The notes: generated from the letters alone by a model not told the origin. Counted from the stretch's first letter, positions 31,383 through 41,063 are shown. The stretch: DNA of 64,000 bases from an uncultured Verrucomicrobiota bacterium (GCA_964650945.1 CAZYXU010000004.1:2594-66593); one strand, 5' to 3'. Numbers and translations are program-made.

Positions 31383-33497
31383 ATGCAGCTTGAAGATATT
31401 ATGAAAAAAGGCCGGTTGTTGGCGGTGGCTTGCCTCGCGGGGCTCTGGTTTGCCGGCGAAGCGGCCGCCGGCGCCGTCCAGCCGGTTACGGATGCCGCAG
31501 CATCGCTGTGGATTGACTACTTGATTCCGCGACCCAAGGAAATCCACATCGAACGCAAACTGACCATTCCCGCCTCGGCGGTAAGCGTGCGCGCCGACCC
31601 GGACGCCGGCGTGGCGGCGCGACAGGCCGCTTCGGAATTACGGGATTTATTCGGACCCGCAACGACAAACCTTCCGGCAACGGCCCCCGGCGGTTTTACA
31701 ATCGTTCTGGGCCGTGTGGCGGCGGATAAGCGCGTGGAGGGTCTTGATACGGCCGATCTTGAAAGATTGCGCATGCTGCCCAATTCCCGGCAAGCGTATT
31801 TGATCCGGCCGGCGGGCAACCGGAGGCTGGTGATTGCCGCGCTGGATGAACGGGGTTTGTATTATGGCGTTCAGACGCTGAAGCAACTGGCCACGCCCTT
31901 TCTCAAGGATGGCCAGGTAATTTTGCCGTTAGCCGTGATCACCGATTGGCCGGATCTGGAGGAGCGCGGTCTCTGGAATTCCCCTCGTCAAACACCAGGA
32001 TTCATGCAGTGGATGGCCGGATTGAAGTTAAATTTCGAGCATTTCGGGCATCCCGTCAATTTGAACCCAGACGAGGAACGGTGTCCGCCGTTGCCCATGG
32101 AACAAATCCAGCAGGCGCGCGCTTACGCCTTGCATCTCATGCCGCATTGTCAACATTATGATTTCTGGGTGGCTGACGCCAGGAACAAGCCCTATTATCC
32201 CGCGGATTTGATCGGCCGCGGCGCCACGGCGCGCAATCCGGCGTCCGTCGCCAGTCCGGATTATAACCAGGATCTCCGCGCCCCCTGCGCCTCCAATCCG
32301 CGTTTGCGGAATTATCTGACGGAATGGCTGCTAAGCGCGGGCGGGCAGGGCGTCCGGGAAACATGCTTATGGATGACGGAGTATCAACCGTCGTATTGCT
32401 CCTGCGAAAAGTGCCTGCCGGAAGGCAGCGAGCGGCGCCAACTGCAATTGGAAACTATCGCGAGCGTGGCGGCGATCGCGGCGGCGCGCAAAACCTATCC
32501 GGACCTGGTGACGCGCATATTCATCACCACGAAGAATGAGCAGGAAAGCGCGGAATGCCTGGCGCTGCTGCCCCGTGATGATTCCTCCATCAGGGCGGAT
32601 GTCTATTCCCGCACCGCGGCGGTTGACGCCCATGCGGCGGCCGGCAATTGGGTGGCCAGTTACGGCGGCGCCGGCGGCGGCGCGGTGTATCTTGACCACC
32701 TTAGCCGCGGGGCTTATCAGTTCCGCCTCTTCCCCGCGCCGGCAGCCGTGCGCGAATCGCTGCAGGCGCATTGCGCGATCGGATATGACGGCGTCTATAC
32801 GCTGTCGTATGGAGTTCCGGGACTGGACTGGCGGGAAAAAGGATATGTTGACCGGCAATACGGCGACTATCTCATCCCCATGCTCGCGGAATGGTCATGG
32901 AATGTCTCCGGACGCACCGTGCGTGAATTCAATCGCGCCTGGGCCACGCGGCGGGGCTACAACGATATTGACAAGGCGCTCGCCTGGCTGGAGCTCATGG
33001 CGCCCCTTGAGGAATTTGCGTACTGCGCCCTGCGGGATATTCGCCAGCACGCCGAAATTATACGCCGCCGTGAACCGATCCGTTTCACCCATGGCCCGGC
33101 AGCGGAAGCCATCATGCCTGAAAATGCCGAACGCCAGTTTGCCGAATTGATTGCTGCGGCCGGCCGCGCCGCGCAACTGGCGGCAGAACTGCAGGCGCCG
33201 GATATGCTCGCCGAGTCAGGCCATGTCCGGGCGGCGCTCGACCTGTTGCGCGGCCTATGCCGGCTGTCGCTTGCCGTCGCGCCCGCCGGCAGTCAGACGG
33301 CGGTTGCGCCAGCGCCGGCCTTGGATGCAATCCGCGAGGCGGCGCGTCAAATGACCGCGCATACGGCCGCCGTCATCCAAGCCTGGCCGGACGTGCCGGC
33401 AACCGCCAAAAAGCAATTTACCGAGCATGCAAACGCCTATATCGCGCAACAAGTCCAGACCATTGAATCAGCCGTCGGAACGGGCCGGGTAAAATAG
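31383..33497 (+). CDS. Secreted GH20-N-terminal-domain protein with a divergent TIM-barrel-like catalytic region (paralog 1 of 3)
   Basis: It has a signal peptide (MKKGRLLAVACLAGLWFAGEAAAGA). LIPRPKEIHI, GLYYGVQTLKQL and ITDWPDLEERGLW match the GH20 domain-2/catalytic-domain junction. It also carries CASNPRL, WMTEYQPSYCSCEKC and LAEWSWNVSGRTVREF. Confidence 0.7.
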   Translation: MQLEDIMKKGRLLAVACLAGLWFAGEAAAGAVQPVTDAAASLWIDYLIPRPKEIHIERKLTIPASAVSVRADPDAGVAARQAASELRDLFGPATTNLPATAPGGFTIVLGRVAADKRVEGLDTADLERLRMLPNSRQAYLIRPAGNRRLVIAALDERGLYYGVQTLKQLATPFLKDGQVILPLAVITDWPDLEERGLWNSPRQTPGFMQWMAGLKLNFEHFGHPVNLNPDEERCPPLPMEQIQQARAYALHLMPHCQHYDFWVADARNKPYYPADLIGRGATARNPASVASPDYNQDLRAPCASNPRLRNYLTEWLLSAGGQGVRETCLWMTEYQPSYCSCEKCLPEGSERRQLQLETIASVAAIAAARKTYPDLVTRIFITTKNEQESAECLALLPRDDSSIRADVYSRTAAVDAHAAAGNWVASYGGAGGGAVYLDHLSRGAYQFRLFPAPAAVRESLQAHCAIGYDGVYTLSYGVPGLDWREKGYVDRQYGDYLIPMLAEWSWNVSGRTVREFNRAWATRRGYNDIDKALAWLELMAPLEEFAYCALRDIRQHAEIIRRREPIRFTHGPAAEAIMPENAERQFAELIAAAGRAAQLAAELQAPDMLAESGHVRAALDLLRGLCRLSLAVAPAGSQTAVAPAPALDAIREAARQMTAHTAAVIQAWPDVPATAKKQFTEHANAYIAQQVQTIESAVGTGRVK

Positions 33498-33599
33498 CGC
33501 CACCATGCATTCAACCATTCAATGCATTACCGATCCGGGCTCATGGACCTGTCCCGCGCGCCGGCGGCATGGCGCCGCCGCCGTCTGAAAGTTTGACGT

Positions 33600-34826
33600 A
33601 TGCCAATCGCCGTCGAAAAAACCGTTCAAATCCCGGCCGAATTGCTCGGGGAAGTTTCCTCCCAGCATACCGGGGGATATTCCGGGGTATTTGTCGCCGA
33701 ATGCAACACCGCCTACCGGTTCAATACCGGCCCGGAACTGGTCCAAATATATGGCGGCATGATCGCCAGCGATGTATGGAATAAATACTTCCAGCGCTTC
33801 AGCGAGGATAACGGACAGTCTTGGTCGCCGCCGGCGATCATATTTCGGCCCATGCCGACACCCAACGGCTCGATTCGCTGGAACGAAAGTTGTCTTTTCC
33901 TGGATGAGGAGAAGAATCGCCTCTGCCATTTTACTAATTACAGCATGTTCCCGAAAACCTTTTTAACCGCCGAAGTGCTGAAAACCACCCGTATCCTGAT
34001 GCGCCTGTCAGCGGATGGTGGGCGGACCTTTGTTGCAAAGCAACTGGTTCAGCGCGGGTATGACCAGACCCACTGGGCCGCTGGTGTCGTCTTCGGCCGG
34101 AACCGGCTATATGTGTCTTTCCCGGCCCCCTTAAAACTGAAGAACGGCACGATCCTTCTGCCGGTATCCAGGACTCCGGCCCCTATCGGCTATCCTTCAC
34201 TCACCCTGATTCCTGAAGACGCCGGGTGCCTGATCGGGCAATGGAACGGGGATCAACTGGAATGGGAGTTGAGCGGGATGGTGAGCGTTGCGCCGTCCCT
34301 GTCGGCGCGGGGATTATGCGAACCAACGCTGGCGGAAATGGCCGATGGATCCATCCTGATGATCATGCGCGGTAGCAATTACGGTCTGGCCGGCGCGGCG
34401 GGATGCAAGTGGCGGTCCCTCTCGCGCGACGGCGGCCATACCTGGTCGCAACCCGCCCCCTGGACCTATCATACCGGCGAGCCGTTTTTTTCGCCGGCGA
34501 GCGGCGCGCGCTTGATCCGCCATGCCGGCAACGGCAGGCTCTACTGGTTCGGCAACATCACCCCGACCAATCCCAACGGCAATATACCGCGTTGTCCGCT
34601 GCAGATCGCCGAAGTGGATGAAGCCTCAAAGACGCTGATTAAAGATTCCGTCGAGGTCATAGATATGCGTCAGCCGGCGGATGGTCCGGAAACGCATTTG
34701 TCCAATTTCCGGGTCTATGCGGACCGCCGCACGCATGAATTCGTGCTGCATCTGGCGCGCATCGGCGAACGCGGCGGCAAGGATCGCACGTCGCCATCGT
34801 ATCAATACCGGATCCGAACAGAATAA
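33600..34826 (+). CDS. BNR/Asp-box beta-propeller protein (sialidase-like), no signal peptide
   Basis: The Asp-boxes are SEDNGQSWS, SADGGRTFV and SRDGGHTWS. It is a paralog of the 27025 gene. Confidence 0.8.
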   Translation: MPIAVEKTVQIPAELLGEVSSQHTGGYSGVFVAECNTAYRFNTGPELVQIYGGMIASDVWNKYFQRFSEDNGQSWSPPAIIFRPMPTPNGSIRWNESCLFLDEEKNRLCHFTNYSMFPKTFLTAEVLKTTRILMRLSADGGRTFVAKQLVQRGYDQTHWAAGVVFGRNRLYVSFPAPLKLKNGTILLPVSRTPAPIGYPSLTLIPEDAGCLIGQWNGDQLEWELSGMVSVAPSLSARGLCEPTLAEMADGSILMIMRGSNYGLAGAAGCKWRSLSRDGGHTWSQPAPWTYHTGEPFFSPASGARLIRHAGNGRLYWFGNITPTNPNGNIPRCPLQIAEVDEASKTLIKDSVEVIDMRQPADGPETHLSNFRVYADRRTHEFVLHLARIGERGGKDRTSPSYQYRIRTE

Positions 34827-34853
34827 CCTCTGCCCGCTTATGAATTGACCGCC

Positions 34854-36488
34854 ATGCATAAACCGGAAGTCTTAACCGTGCTGGATCATGAAGTGATCGT
34901 CCGCCGGGCGCCGGATGACAGCCTGCGAATGATTTATTTACAGGGCCATCCCGGCGGCCAGTCAATCGCAACGCGGCGATCCCCTGATAACGGCCGCTCC
35001 TGGAGCGCACCGCTGCCTTTAGTTGAGTTGCCAACCGATCGTGGAACATTTCTTGGCTGTCAAATGGTGTTCGATCAACGCGGCGAACTGCATTTGTTTT
35101 CCCTGAATGACGGCGGCGGCGGGGTTGATGATGTCGGCGAGGGCGAGCGCGCCTTGCATAACGAAATTACCGATAAACGGCTCGATATCTGGCATGCGTA
35201 TTCGTCGCATGGCCTGCGAACATGGTCACCGCCACGCCCGATATGGAAAGGGTTTACCGGCGCTATGAATTCCGTCATTTTGTCAAAGAACGGACGCCTG
35301 GTCTATCCATTTTCTTATATGACATCCCGGACCTGGAGGAATCGCGGTGCCGGCTTGGACGCCTTTACCTTCATGGGCAAATATGATTGCACCGCCCTGT
35401 TTTCGGACGATGACGGCCGCAGCTGGAAACTTGCCAACAGCATCAACGTTACTGTGCCGGACACTGTCTATGCCTATGGCGCGGTTGAGCCTGTCATTCT
35501 GCAGTTGAAAGACGGCCGACTCTGGATGCTGGTCCGCACGCAATTGGGCCGGTTCTGGGAATCGTTTTCCGACGATGGCTCCTGCTGGTCCAGACCGCAA
35601 CCGACGGCAATCGTTTCTTCCGATTCGCCGGCGGGACTTGTGCGGCTGGATGACGGCCGCATTGTACTGCTATGGAACAACTGCCAGCGATTCCCTTATG
35701 CCTACGGCGGGCGGCATGTCATTCATGCCGCGATTTCATCGGACGAGGGCCAGACGTGGCATGGCTGTCGTGAAGTTGCCCGCGACCCGCGCCGCAACGA
35801 GCCGCCGCCGCTTAGCGGGGATTACGGTACGGCCTATCCTCTTCCCGTGGCCACGCGGGAAGGGAAAGTCATCTATTCCACGGGACAGGGCGCCGGCCGG
35901 ATCATGCTGATGTCCCTGGATCCGGAATGGCTGATGGCAACATCGCATAAGGCTGATTTCACGTCAGCCTCTGACGAATGGGCCGTCTTCGGCACAAAAG
36001 GCGTCCAGTTCGTTGATCATCCGGAACGGGCGGGAGAGAAAGCGTTGCGCATCGGCAAGGTTGCCGAAGATTGGCCAGCGGTTGCCGTTTGGAATTTCCC
36101 GGCTGGACCAAACGGGCGGTTGACCCTGCGCTTCCGGCTCACGCCAGGCCATGCCGCGATCGGCGTGGGCTTGGCTGATCATTTTTCGCCTCCTTTTGAT
36201 CTGGAAGATCGTTTTCACAACCTGGCAACGATCTCCATCGCATCGGACAGTCGCCTGTTGGGGGCCGTGCTGGAAGCGGGGCGCTCGTATGCACTGAAGT
36301 TAAACTGGAGTTGCCGGGAAGGCTGTTGCGGGGTCGCGCTGGATGGCCGATCGCTCGGGATGGTCCCCCTGCGGCATGAGTCCTGTGGCGCCTCGTATCT
36401 CCGTTTGGGTTCGCCGGCTGGCAAGCCGGCCGCAGGAGCGTTGCTTGTGGAAGGCGTAGAGGTTGAAATCGCGGACTTTTTGCAATGA
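34854..36488 (+). CDS. BNR/Asp-box beta-propeller protein with an extra C-terminal beta-sandwich-like domain, no signal peptide
   Basis: This is ORF 34845..36488 (TTG start); I prefer the ATG at 34854. The Asp-boxes are SPDNGRSWS, SDDDGRSWK, SDDGSCWS and SSDEGQTWH. Confidence 0.8.
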   Translation: MHKPEVLTVLDHEVIVRRAPDDSLRMIYLQGHPGGQSIATRRSPDNGRSWSAPLPLVELPTDRGTFLGCQMVFDQRGELHLFSLNDGGGGVDDVGEGERALHNEITDKRLDIWHAYSSHGLRTWSPPRPIWKGFTGAMNSVILSKNGRLVYPFSYMTSRTWRNRGAGLDAFTFMGKYDCTALFSDDDGRSWKLANSINVTVPDTVYAYGAVEPVILQLKDGRLWMLVRTQLGRFWESFSDDGSCWSRPQPTAIVSSDSPAGLVRLDDGRIVLLWNNCQRFPYAYGGRHVIHAAISSDEGQTWHGCREVARDPRRNEPPPLSGDYGTAYPLPVATREGKVIYSTGQGAGRIMLMSLDPEWLMATSHKADFTSASDEWAVFGTKGVQFVDHPERAGEKALRIGKVAEDWPAVAVWNFPAGPNGRLTLRFRLTPGHAAIGVGLADHFSPPFDLEDRFHNLATISIASDSRLLGAVLEAGRSYALKLNWSCREGCCGVALDGRSLGMVPLRHESCGASYLRLGSPAGKPAAGALLVEGVEVEIADFLQ

Positions 36489-37816
36489 AATGGCTTTGGA
36501 TTTTACTGATCGTTATGGCAGGCGGCATGGCTGACTATTCTTCTTCCGAACCTGTTACGCCCGCAACGCAGACCCCGTTCGTTGCGGCGGCCGGACCGGC
36601 TGCATCAGACGCGGCGGCCTTCCGGGATCACGGCGACCGGCTTCAGCGGACGCGGGCATTGTTAAACGCAGGGGGACAATCGTTCCGGATTGCCTGTTTC
36701 GGCGACAGCATTACCGGCATCTACTATCACAGCGGCGGACGTTGCGCCTGGGGCGATATCCTGGCCGTCGGCTTGGGACGCGCGTATCCGGCGGCGCAAA
36801 TCGAGATCATCCAGGCCGGCCGCAGCGGCAGCACAACGCAGGATGCCCTGGAACGGATCCGGGACAGCGTCCTGAAGCGGAAGCCGCACCTGGTTGTGTG
36901 CATGTTCGGCATGAACGACGTGGCGACCGTGCCGGCAGAAACCTATCGCGGCAACTTGGCGCGGATGACGCGCTTATGCCGCGCGGCGGGGGCGGACGTG
37001 GTTTTATGCACACCGACGGCTAATGATCCGGATGCAGTCCGGCCCGCGGAGAAGCTTGGACAATATGCCGAAATCGTGCGGCAGGTCGGAACGGAACTGC
37101 GAACGCCGGTCGCCGATTGCCATCGCGTTTTTGCAACTATCCGCCGTGAAGATCCCCGCGCGTGGCTGATGATGATGAGCGACGCTATTCATCCCAATAT
37201 GCGCGGACAAAAAGTCATTGCGGAGGAGGTGCTGGCGGCGATTGCGGGCAAGCGCGTACCGTTGGCGGACGTGCCCCCGCCGGCGCCGTTGATCCCCAAA
37301 ACCCTGGCCCTGCTGACCGGGGGACAGACCCTGAAGGTGATCGCCATGCCGCCCTATGACGACATCGCCCGGTCGTGCATCCGGGCGGTCAGCGGCCAGG
37401 CGGAAGTCAATATGGTAACCTGGCCCACCGCGGGAAAATCCCTGTCAGAAATCCAAGCCTGGTCGCTGGGCATACGACCGATGCAGCCAAACCTGGTTAT
37501 TATCGCGCTGCCCGCCGCTGCCGCGGAAACCGAACCGGCCGTTTTCCGCCGATACACGCAGATCATTCAGCAGGCCATCAGTTATGGACGGCAAGCATGG
37601 GATTGTATCGGCGTGCTTCCTTCGGTAACGCGGTTGACGCTATCCGCGGAGGAAAAAAAGACTGAGCAATTAGGCAGGGATGCGCTTAACGCCATGCATA
37701 TTGGCATCGTGGCCAGGGAGCAAGGCGCTGCGCCAACGGCGGCCGCGATTTTCGAACGGTGGCTGCGCAATCAGATCAACGAACAAGCGCCGGAACACCG
37801 AGGAGCACAACCGTGA
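36485..37816 (+). CDS. Secreted SGNH/GDSL hydrolase family protein (sialate-O-acetylesterase-like), with a degenerate second domain
   Basis: It has a signal peptide (MKWLWILLIVMAGGMA). Block I is CFGDSIT, block III is GMNDV and block V is DAIHPN. The start overlaps the upstream stop codon (ATGA). Confidence 0.8.
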   Translation: MKWLWILLIVMAGGMADYSSSEPVTPATQTPFVAAAGPAASDAAAFRDHGDRLQRTRALLNAGGQSFRIACFGDSITGIYYHSGGRCAWGDILAVGLGRAYPAAQIEIIQAGRSGSTTQDALERIRDSVLKRKPHLVVCMFGMNDVATVPAETYRGNLARMTRLCRAAGADVVLCTPTANDPDAVRPAEKLGQYAEIVRQVGTELRTPVADCHRVFATIRREDPRAWLMMMSDAIHPNMRGQKVIAEEVLAAIAGKRVPLADVPPPAPLIPKTLALLTGGQTLKVIAMPPYDDIARSCIRAVSGQAEVNMVTWPTAGKSLSEIQAWSLGIRPMQPNLVIIALPAAAAETEPAVFRRYTQIIQQAISYGRQAWDCIGVLPSVTRLTLSAEEKKTEQLGRDALNAMHIGIVAREQGAAPTAAAIFERWLRNQINEQAPEHRGAQP

Positions 37817-38925
37817 TGGCAATTCATTTGTTGCAAACAGGGCTGATTTACCGGAATCCGCATCCGCACGTCAGGAGTATACACGCCTATTTTCCGTCCG
37901 TGGCGGTCATGGCCAACGGGGATATGCTGGCAACGGTTGTGCTGGGCGAAGCGTTTGAATCCGTCAATCTCCACGCCTGGGTCTGCCGTTCCCGCGATCA
38001 CGGCGTCTCCTGGCAAATGGAGGGCCGGCTCGACAGTGATGCTAAGGATCCGCTGGTCTCCGATACGGCCAGGATAGCGGCGTTGCCGGATGGCAGCATC
38101 ATGGCCTTCATTATGCGCCTCGATCGGTCCGGTCATCCCGAGGAAGGACTGACCAGTCATGCAACCCTTGGATTTGTTCCCGTGCAATTACGGGTCTCCC
38201 GATCGTCCGATTTTGGCCGGACCTGGGAATCGCGCCCGTTGGTGCCGCCGCTGGAGGGGCCTGGCTTTGAGATGTGTTGTCCGATTGTGCCGCTGGCAGA
38301 CGGCCGGTTGATTCTGCCCACGCAAACCTGGCCGGGCTGGAACGGGGAGTGTCCGAACGGCATCCGGATGGTGGCCTTTGTTTCTCATGACGCAGGCAGG
38401 ACCTGGCCGGAATACATGAATGTGATGAACGAACCAGGGGGTAAGACTTTCTTCTGGGAATCCAAGATTATCGAATTGCCCGACCGGCGTTTGCTGGCCG
38501 TCGCCTGGATGTATGATGACGTCGCCAAATGCGATGGGCCGAACCCGTATGCCCTGAGTGCGGACGGCGGCCGCACGTGGTCACCGCGCAGGTCCACGGG
38601 GCTTTTCGGCCAGACCTTGACGCCTTGCCTGCTTCCCGACGGCCGGATACTGAGCGTCTACCGCCGGATGGACAAGCCCGGATTGTGGGCCAATCTTTCG
38701 CGGCTGGAGGACCAACGCTGGATTCACGAGGCGGAGGCCCCGCTCTGGGGAAACGCTGCGCAGGGATTAACGCAGACGACCGCCGACATGGCGCATAATT
38801 TCAATGTGCTCCGGTTCGGAGCGCCGACCGCGGTCCTGCTAAGGGATGGTACGATTTTTGTCGCCTGCTGGTGTTACGAGGATTGCGTCAGCGGCATTCG
38901 ATGGTTCAAACTAAAGGTTGCTTAA
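37816..38925 (+). CDS. BNR/Asp-box beta-propeller protein (sialidase-like), no signal peptide
   Basis: This is ORF 37759..38925, with the start placed at ATG 37816, which overlaps the SGNH stop codon by 1 nt. The Asp-boxes are SRDHGVSWQ, SSDFGRTWE, SHDAGRTWP and SADGGRTWS. Confidence 0.8.
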   Translation: MAIHLLQTGLIYRNPHPHVRSIHAYFPSVAVMANGDMLATVVLGEAFESVNLHAWVCRSRDHGVSWQMEGRLDSDAKDPLVSDTARIAALPDGSIMAFIMRLDRSGHPEEGLTSHATLGFVPVQLRVSRSSDFGRTWESRPLVPPLEGPGFEMCCPIVPLADGRLILPTQTWPGWNGECPNGIRMVAFVSHDAGRTWPEYMNVMNEPGGKTFFWESKIIELPDRRLLAVAWMYDDVAKCDGPNPYALSADGGRTWSPRRSTGLFGQTLTPCLLPDGRILSVYRRMDKPGLWANLSRLEDQRWIHEAEAPLWGNAAQGLTQTTADMAHNFNVLRFGAPTAVLLRDGTIFVACWCYEDCVSGIRWFKLKVA

Positions 38926-39080
38926 TCCGCCGAACCAAGGAGATGGCGTGAACGAAGGAAGCGCTTATTTCGTTCCAGGCAATCTTGCCGTATGCAAACG
39001 GCGCGCAGTCCCGCCGAAATGGCCGCGGCAACGGAGCGGGTCGTGAAGACTAATTATCGGGGAAAGGCGCATCGCCATTC

Positions 39081-40862
39081 ATGAGCATGCCGGATTCATT
39101 CAGGATCACGGACTTCCGACCGTATGCCGACGGCCGGAAAACGGTTGTGGTTCCCTATCGTCTGGAGGGTAAGGCAGGGTACATGCTGCGGTGGACCGGA
39201 GAGGATGACCGCATCGTTTCGGTGCCCAGTCCGGTGTCCGGCTGGCATGCAGTCCATCTCGGCTTCATGGGGTCGGCCAGTTTGCGCATCAAGCTGTCCA
39301 GCGAGTCGTTTTTCCGCACGGTGGAAAGCACGAACCAGTGGCATCGCCAGCCCTGCGAAGGCGAGGAAGCCTTCTGGAAAGTTGCGGATTTGACCGGGGT
39401 TTCTTTCGAATTGCGGCCGCGTGAATGCAACTCCGAGATGCGGTGGGAGCCGCGTGATTGCCAGCTTGCCTATTTGCGTTTGGCGCCGATTGCCCGCCGG
39501 GTTGCCCGGCAGCGTTCGCGCCGTCTGCGGAATGGAACAACCCGAACCGCCGGCGCGGTGCTGGATGCCCATATTCTGGGCTATTCCCATTGTCCGCGGA
39601 CGGCCACGGAAGTGGAAGGCCTGATTGAACCGTTTATTGAAAGCGATTTTAAACGCATCTGCATGGGGGTCAGCATCACCTCGTTCCGGCTGATCTGGTT
39701 TTCCAAGGCGGGTTATTATCTCGGACAGAACCAGGTCCCCGACCGCATGGACCAATTTCATAACAGGCGAACGGCGATGGCCATGGAAGCGGCCCGCCGG
39801 GGGGGGTTTGATCCGGTTGAGGTTATGATCGCATTCGCCGCCAGGGAGGGTATGGAGCTTTGGCCTTCGTACCGCATTCAACAGGATTATCCCTTGGACA
39901 CCCGGTGCGCTTACGATTTCAATTCGCCGATTTCGGAACAGCATCCGGAATGGCGGCACCGGGACAAAAACGGCGAGGTGTGCAGCTACAAGTTCAGCCA
40001 TTTCCATCCCGGCTGGGAACAATATAAACTTGATCTGCTGGCCGAACTGGCCGAAAAAGGTCCGGCAGGTATACATCTGAATCTCGCGTGCGGTTGCGCC
40101 AACTTGTTTGACTGGGAGCCGAACGCCGTGGCGCGATTCCGGGAAGAATATGGAATTGATCCCACCGCGACCGCGGAACCGCCGCCGCAGTGGTATCGTT
40201 TTATCTGCGATCATTTCACCAAATTCATGCGCCGCTTGCGCGCCCAGACGGACCGGATCGGCGCGGTATTGGGCCGCCGGATTCAAATCGCCGTACAGGT
40301 ATCGGCTGACCATGCCTGTGTGGATGGCGGCAATGTTATGGTTTCGTCCAACTATGCTTTCGGCTTCGACCTGAAGCAGTGGGCCGCGGAAGGGCTGGTG
40401 GACAGTATTTGCCCGTCGTATCGCGGCCAATATGCGCCTATTTTCCTGGAACCGCTGTTCGCCGACCTGGGGCAGGCCCGCGCGCGCGTTAAGATCATAC
40501 CTTCCATCGGCCAGAATCATAGGGCCCTCTACCCACCGGGATATGACTGGCGGAAATACTTTTTAAAACAGGAGCAAACATCGCAACCGCTGTTGCCCAT
40601 TGCCGATCTGGACGCCTGGCGCATCCTGCGCGATGCCAATGACCTTTATCAGCAGGGCGCCGACGCCGTGGACGTGTGGGAAATGGGGGGCGCCTACTGG
40701 TGCCTGAACCGCTGGCATGTGCTCAAGCGCATCGGGAACCGCGCGTGGCTGGCCAAGGAATTCGGCACACGGATCGGGCCGATGATAACCCCCGTGGTTA
40801 ATCATCTGGCGTATCAATTGGCGCCCTTATGCAAATCCAGCGATGAGTTCGCCCTTTTTTGA
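39081..40862 (+). CDS. Hypothetical glycoside-hydrolase-like TIM-barrel protein (GHL-type), cytoplasmic
   Basis: A 593-aa protein of balanced composition. Segments such as GIHLNLACGCANLFDWEPNAVARFREEYGIDP and QIAVQVSADH resemble uncharacterised GH-like families. The opposite-strand 474-aa ORF is Arg/Gly/Pro-rich antisense noise. Confidence 0.6.
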   Translation: MSMPDSFRITDFRPYADGRKTVVVPYRLEGKAGYMLRWTGEDDRIVSVPSPVSGWHAVHLGFMGSASLRIKLSSESFFRTVESTNQWHRQPCEGEEAFWKVADLTGVSFELRPRECNSEMRWEPRDCQLAYLRLAPIARRVARQRSRRLRNGTTRTAGAVLDAHILGYSHCPRTATEVEGLIEPFIESDFKRICMGVSITSFRLIWFSKAGYYLGQNQVPDRMDQFHNRRTAMAMEAARRGGFDPVEVMIAFAAREGMELWPSYRIQQDYPLDTRCAYDFNSPISEQHPEWRHRDKNGEVCSYKFSHFHPGWEQYKLDLLAELAEKGPAGIHLNLACGCANLFDWEPNAVARFREEYGIDPTATAEPPPQWYRFICDHFTKFMRRLRAQTDRIGAVLGRRIQIAVQVSADHACVDGGNVMVSSNYAFGFDLKQWAAEGLVDSICPSYRGQYAPIFLEPLFADLGQARARVKIIPSIGQNHRALYPPGYDWRKYFLKQEQTSQPLLPIADLDAWRILRDANDLYQQGADAVDVWEMGGAYWCLNRWHVLKRIGNRAWLAKEFGTRIGPMITPVVNHLAYQLAPLCKSSDEFALF

Positions 40863-40889
40863 TGGACCAAGCAGGTAACGGAGGAGCAC

Positions 40890-41063
40890 ATGGCGATTAA
40901 GGTTCCCAGGACGGCAAGCATTCCCGCCGCTTGCCTGAATAAGAATTCGGCGCCTCATCCCGAAGGCTATTTTGGCATGTACGTCGTCGAATGCAATACG
41001 GCCTATCGTTTTAAAACCGGCCAGGAACTGACCCGGATTTACGATGAGGGAAACGGGCAATGA
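40890..41063 (+). pseudogene. 57-codon relic of the N-terminus of a BNR-propeller paralog
   Basis: GGAGGAG lies before the ATG. The sequence is MAIKVPRTASIPAACLNKNSAPHPEGYFGMYVVECNTAYRFKTGQELTRIYDEGNGQ*. It aligns with residues 1-57 of the 33600 gene (MPIAVEKTVQIPAELLGEVSSQHTGGYSGVFVAECNTAYRFNTGPELVQIYGGMIAS). It stops before the first Asp-box, and only ~90 nt remain before the next gene. Confidence 0.6.

Noticed and set aside
38992-39084. A 30-codon upstream ORF (MQTARSPAEMAAATERVVKTNYRGKAHRHS) whose stop codon overlaps the ATG of the 39081 gene, plus an AAGGAG-ATGGCGTGA mini-ORF at 38941.
   Set aside because: The 30-codon ORF has no Shine-Dalgarno and no recognisable sequence features. Such short open frames are expected by chance in GC-rich DNA. 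I recorded it only as a possibility for Ribo-seq.
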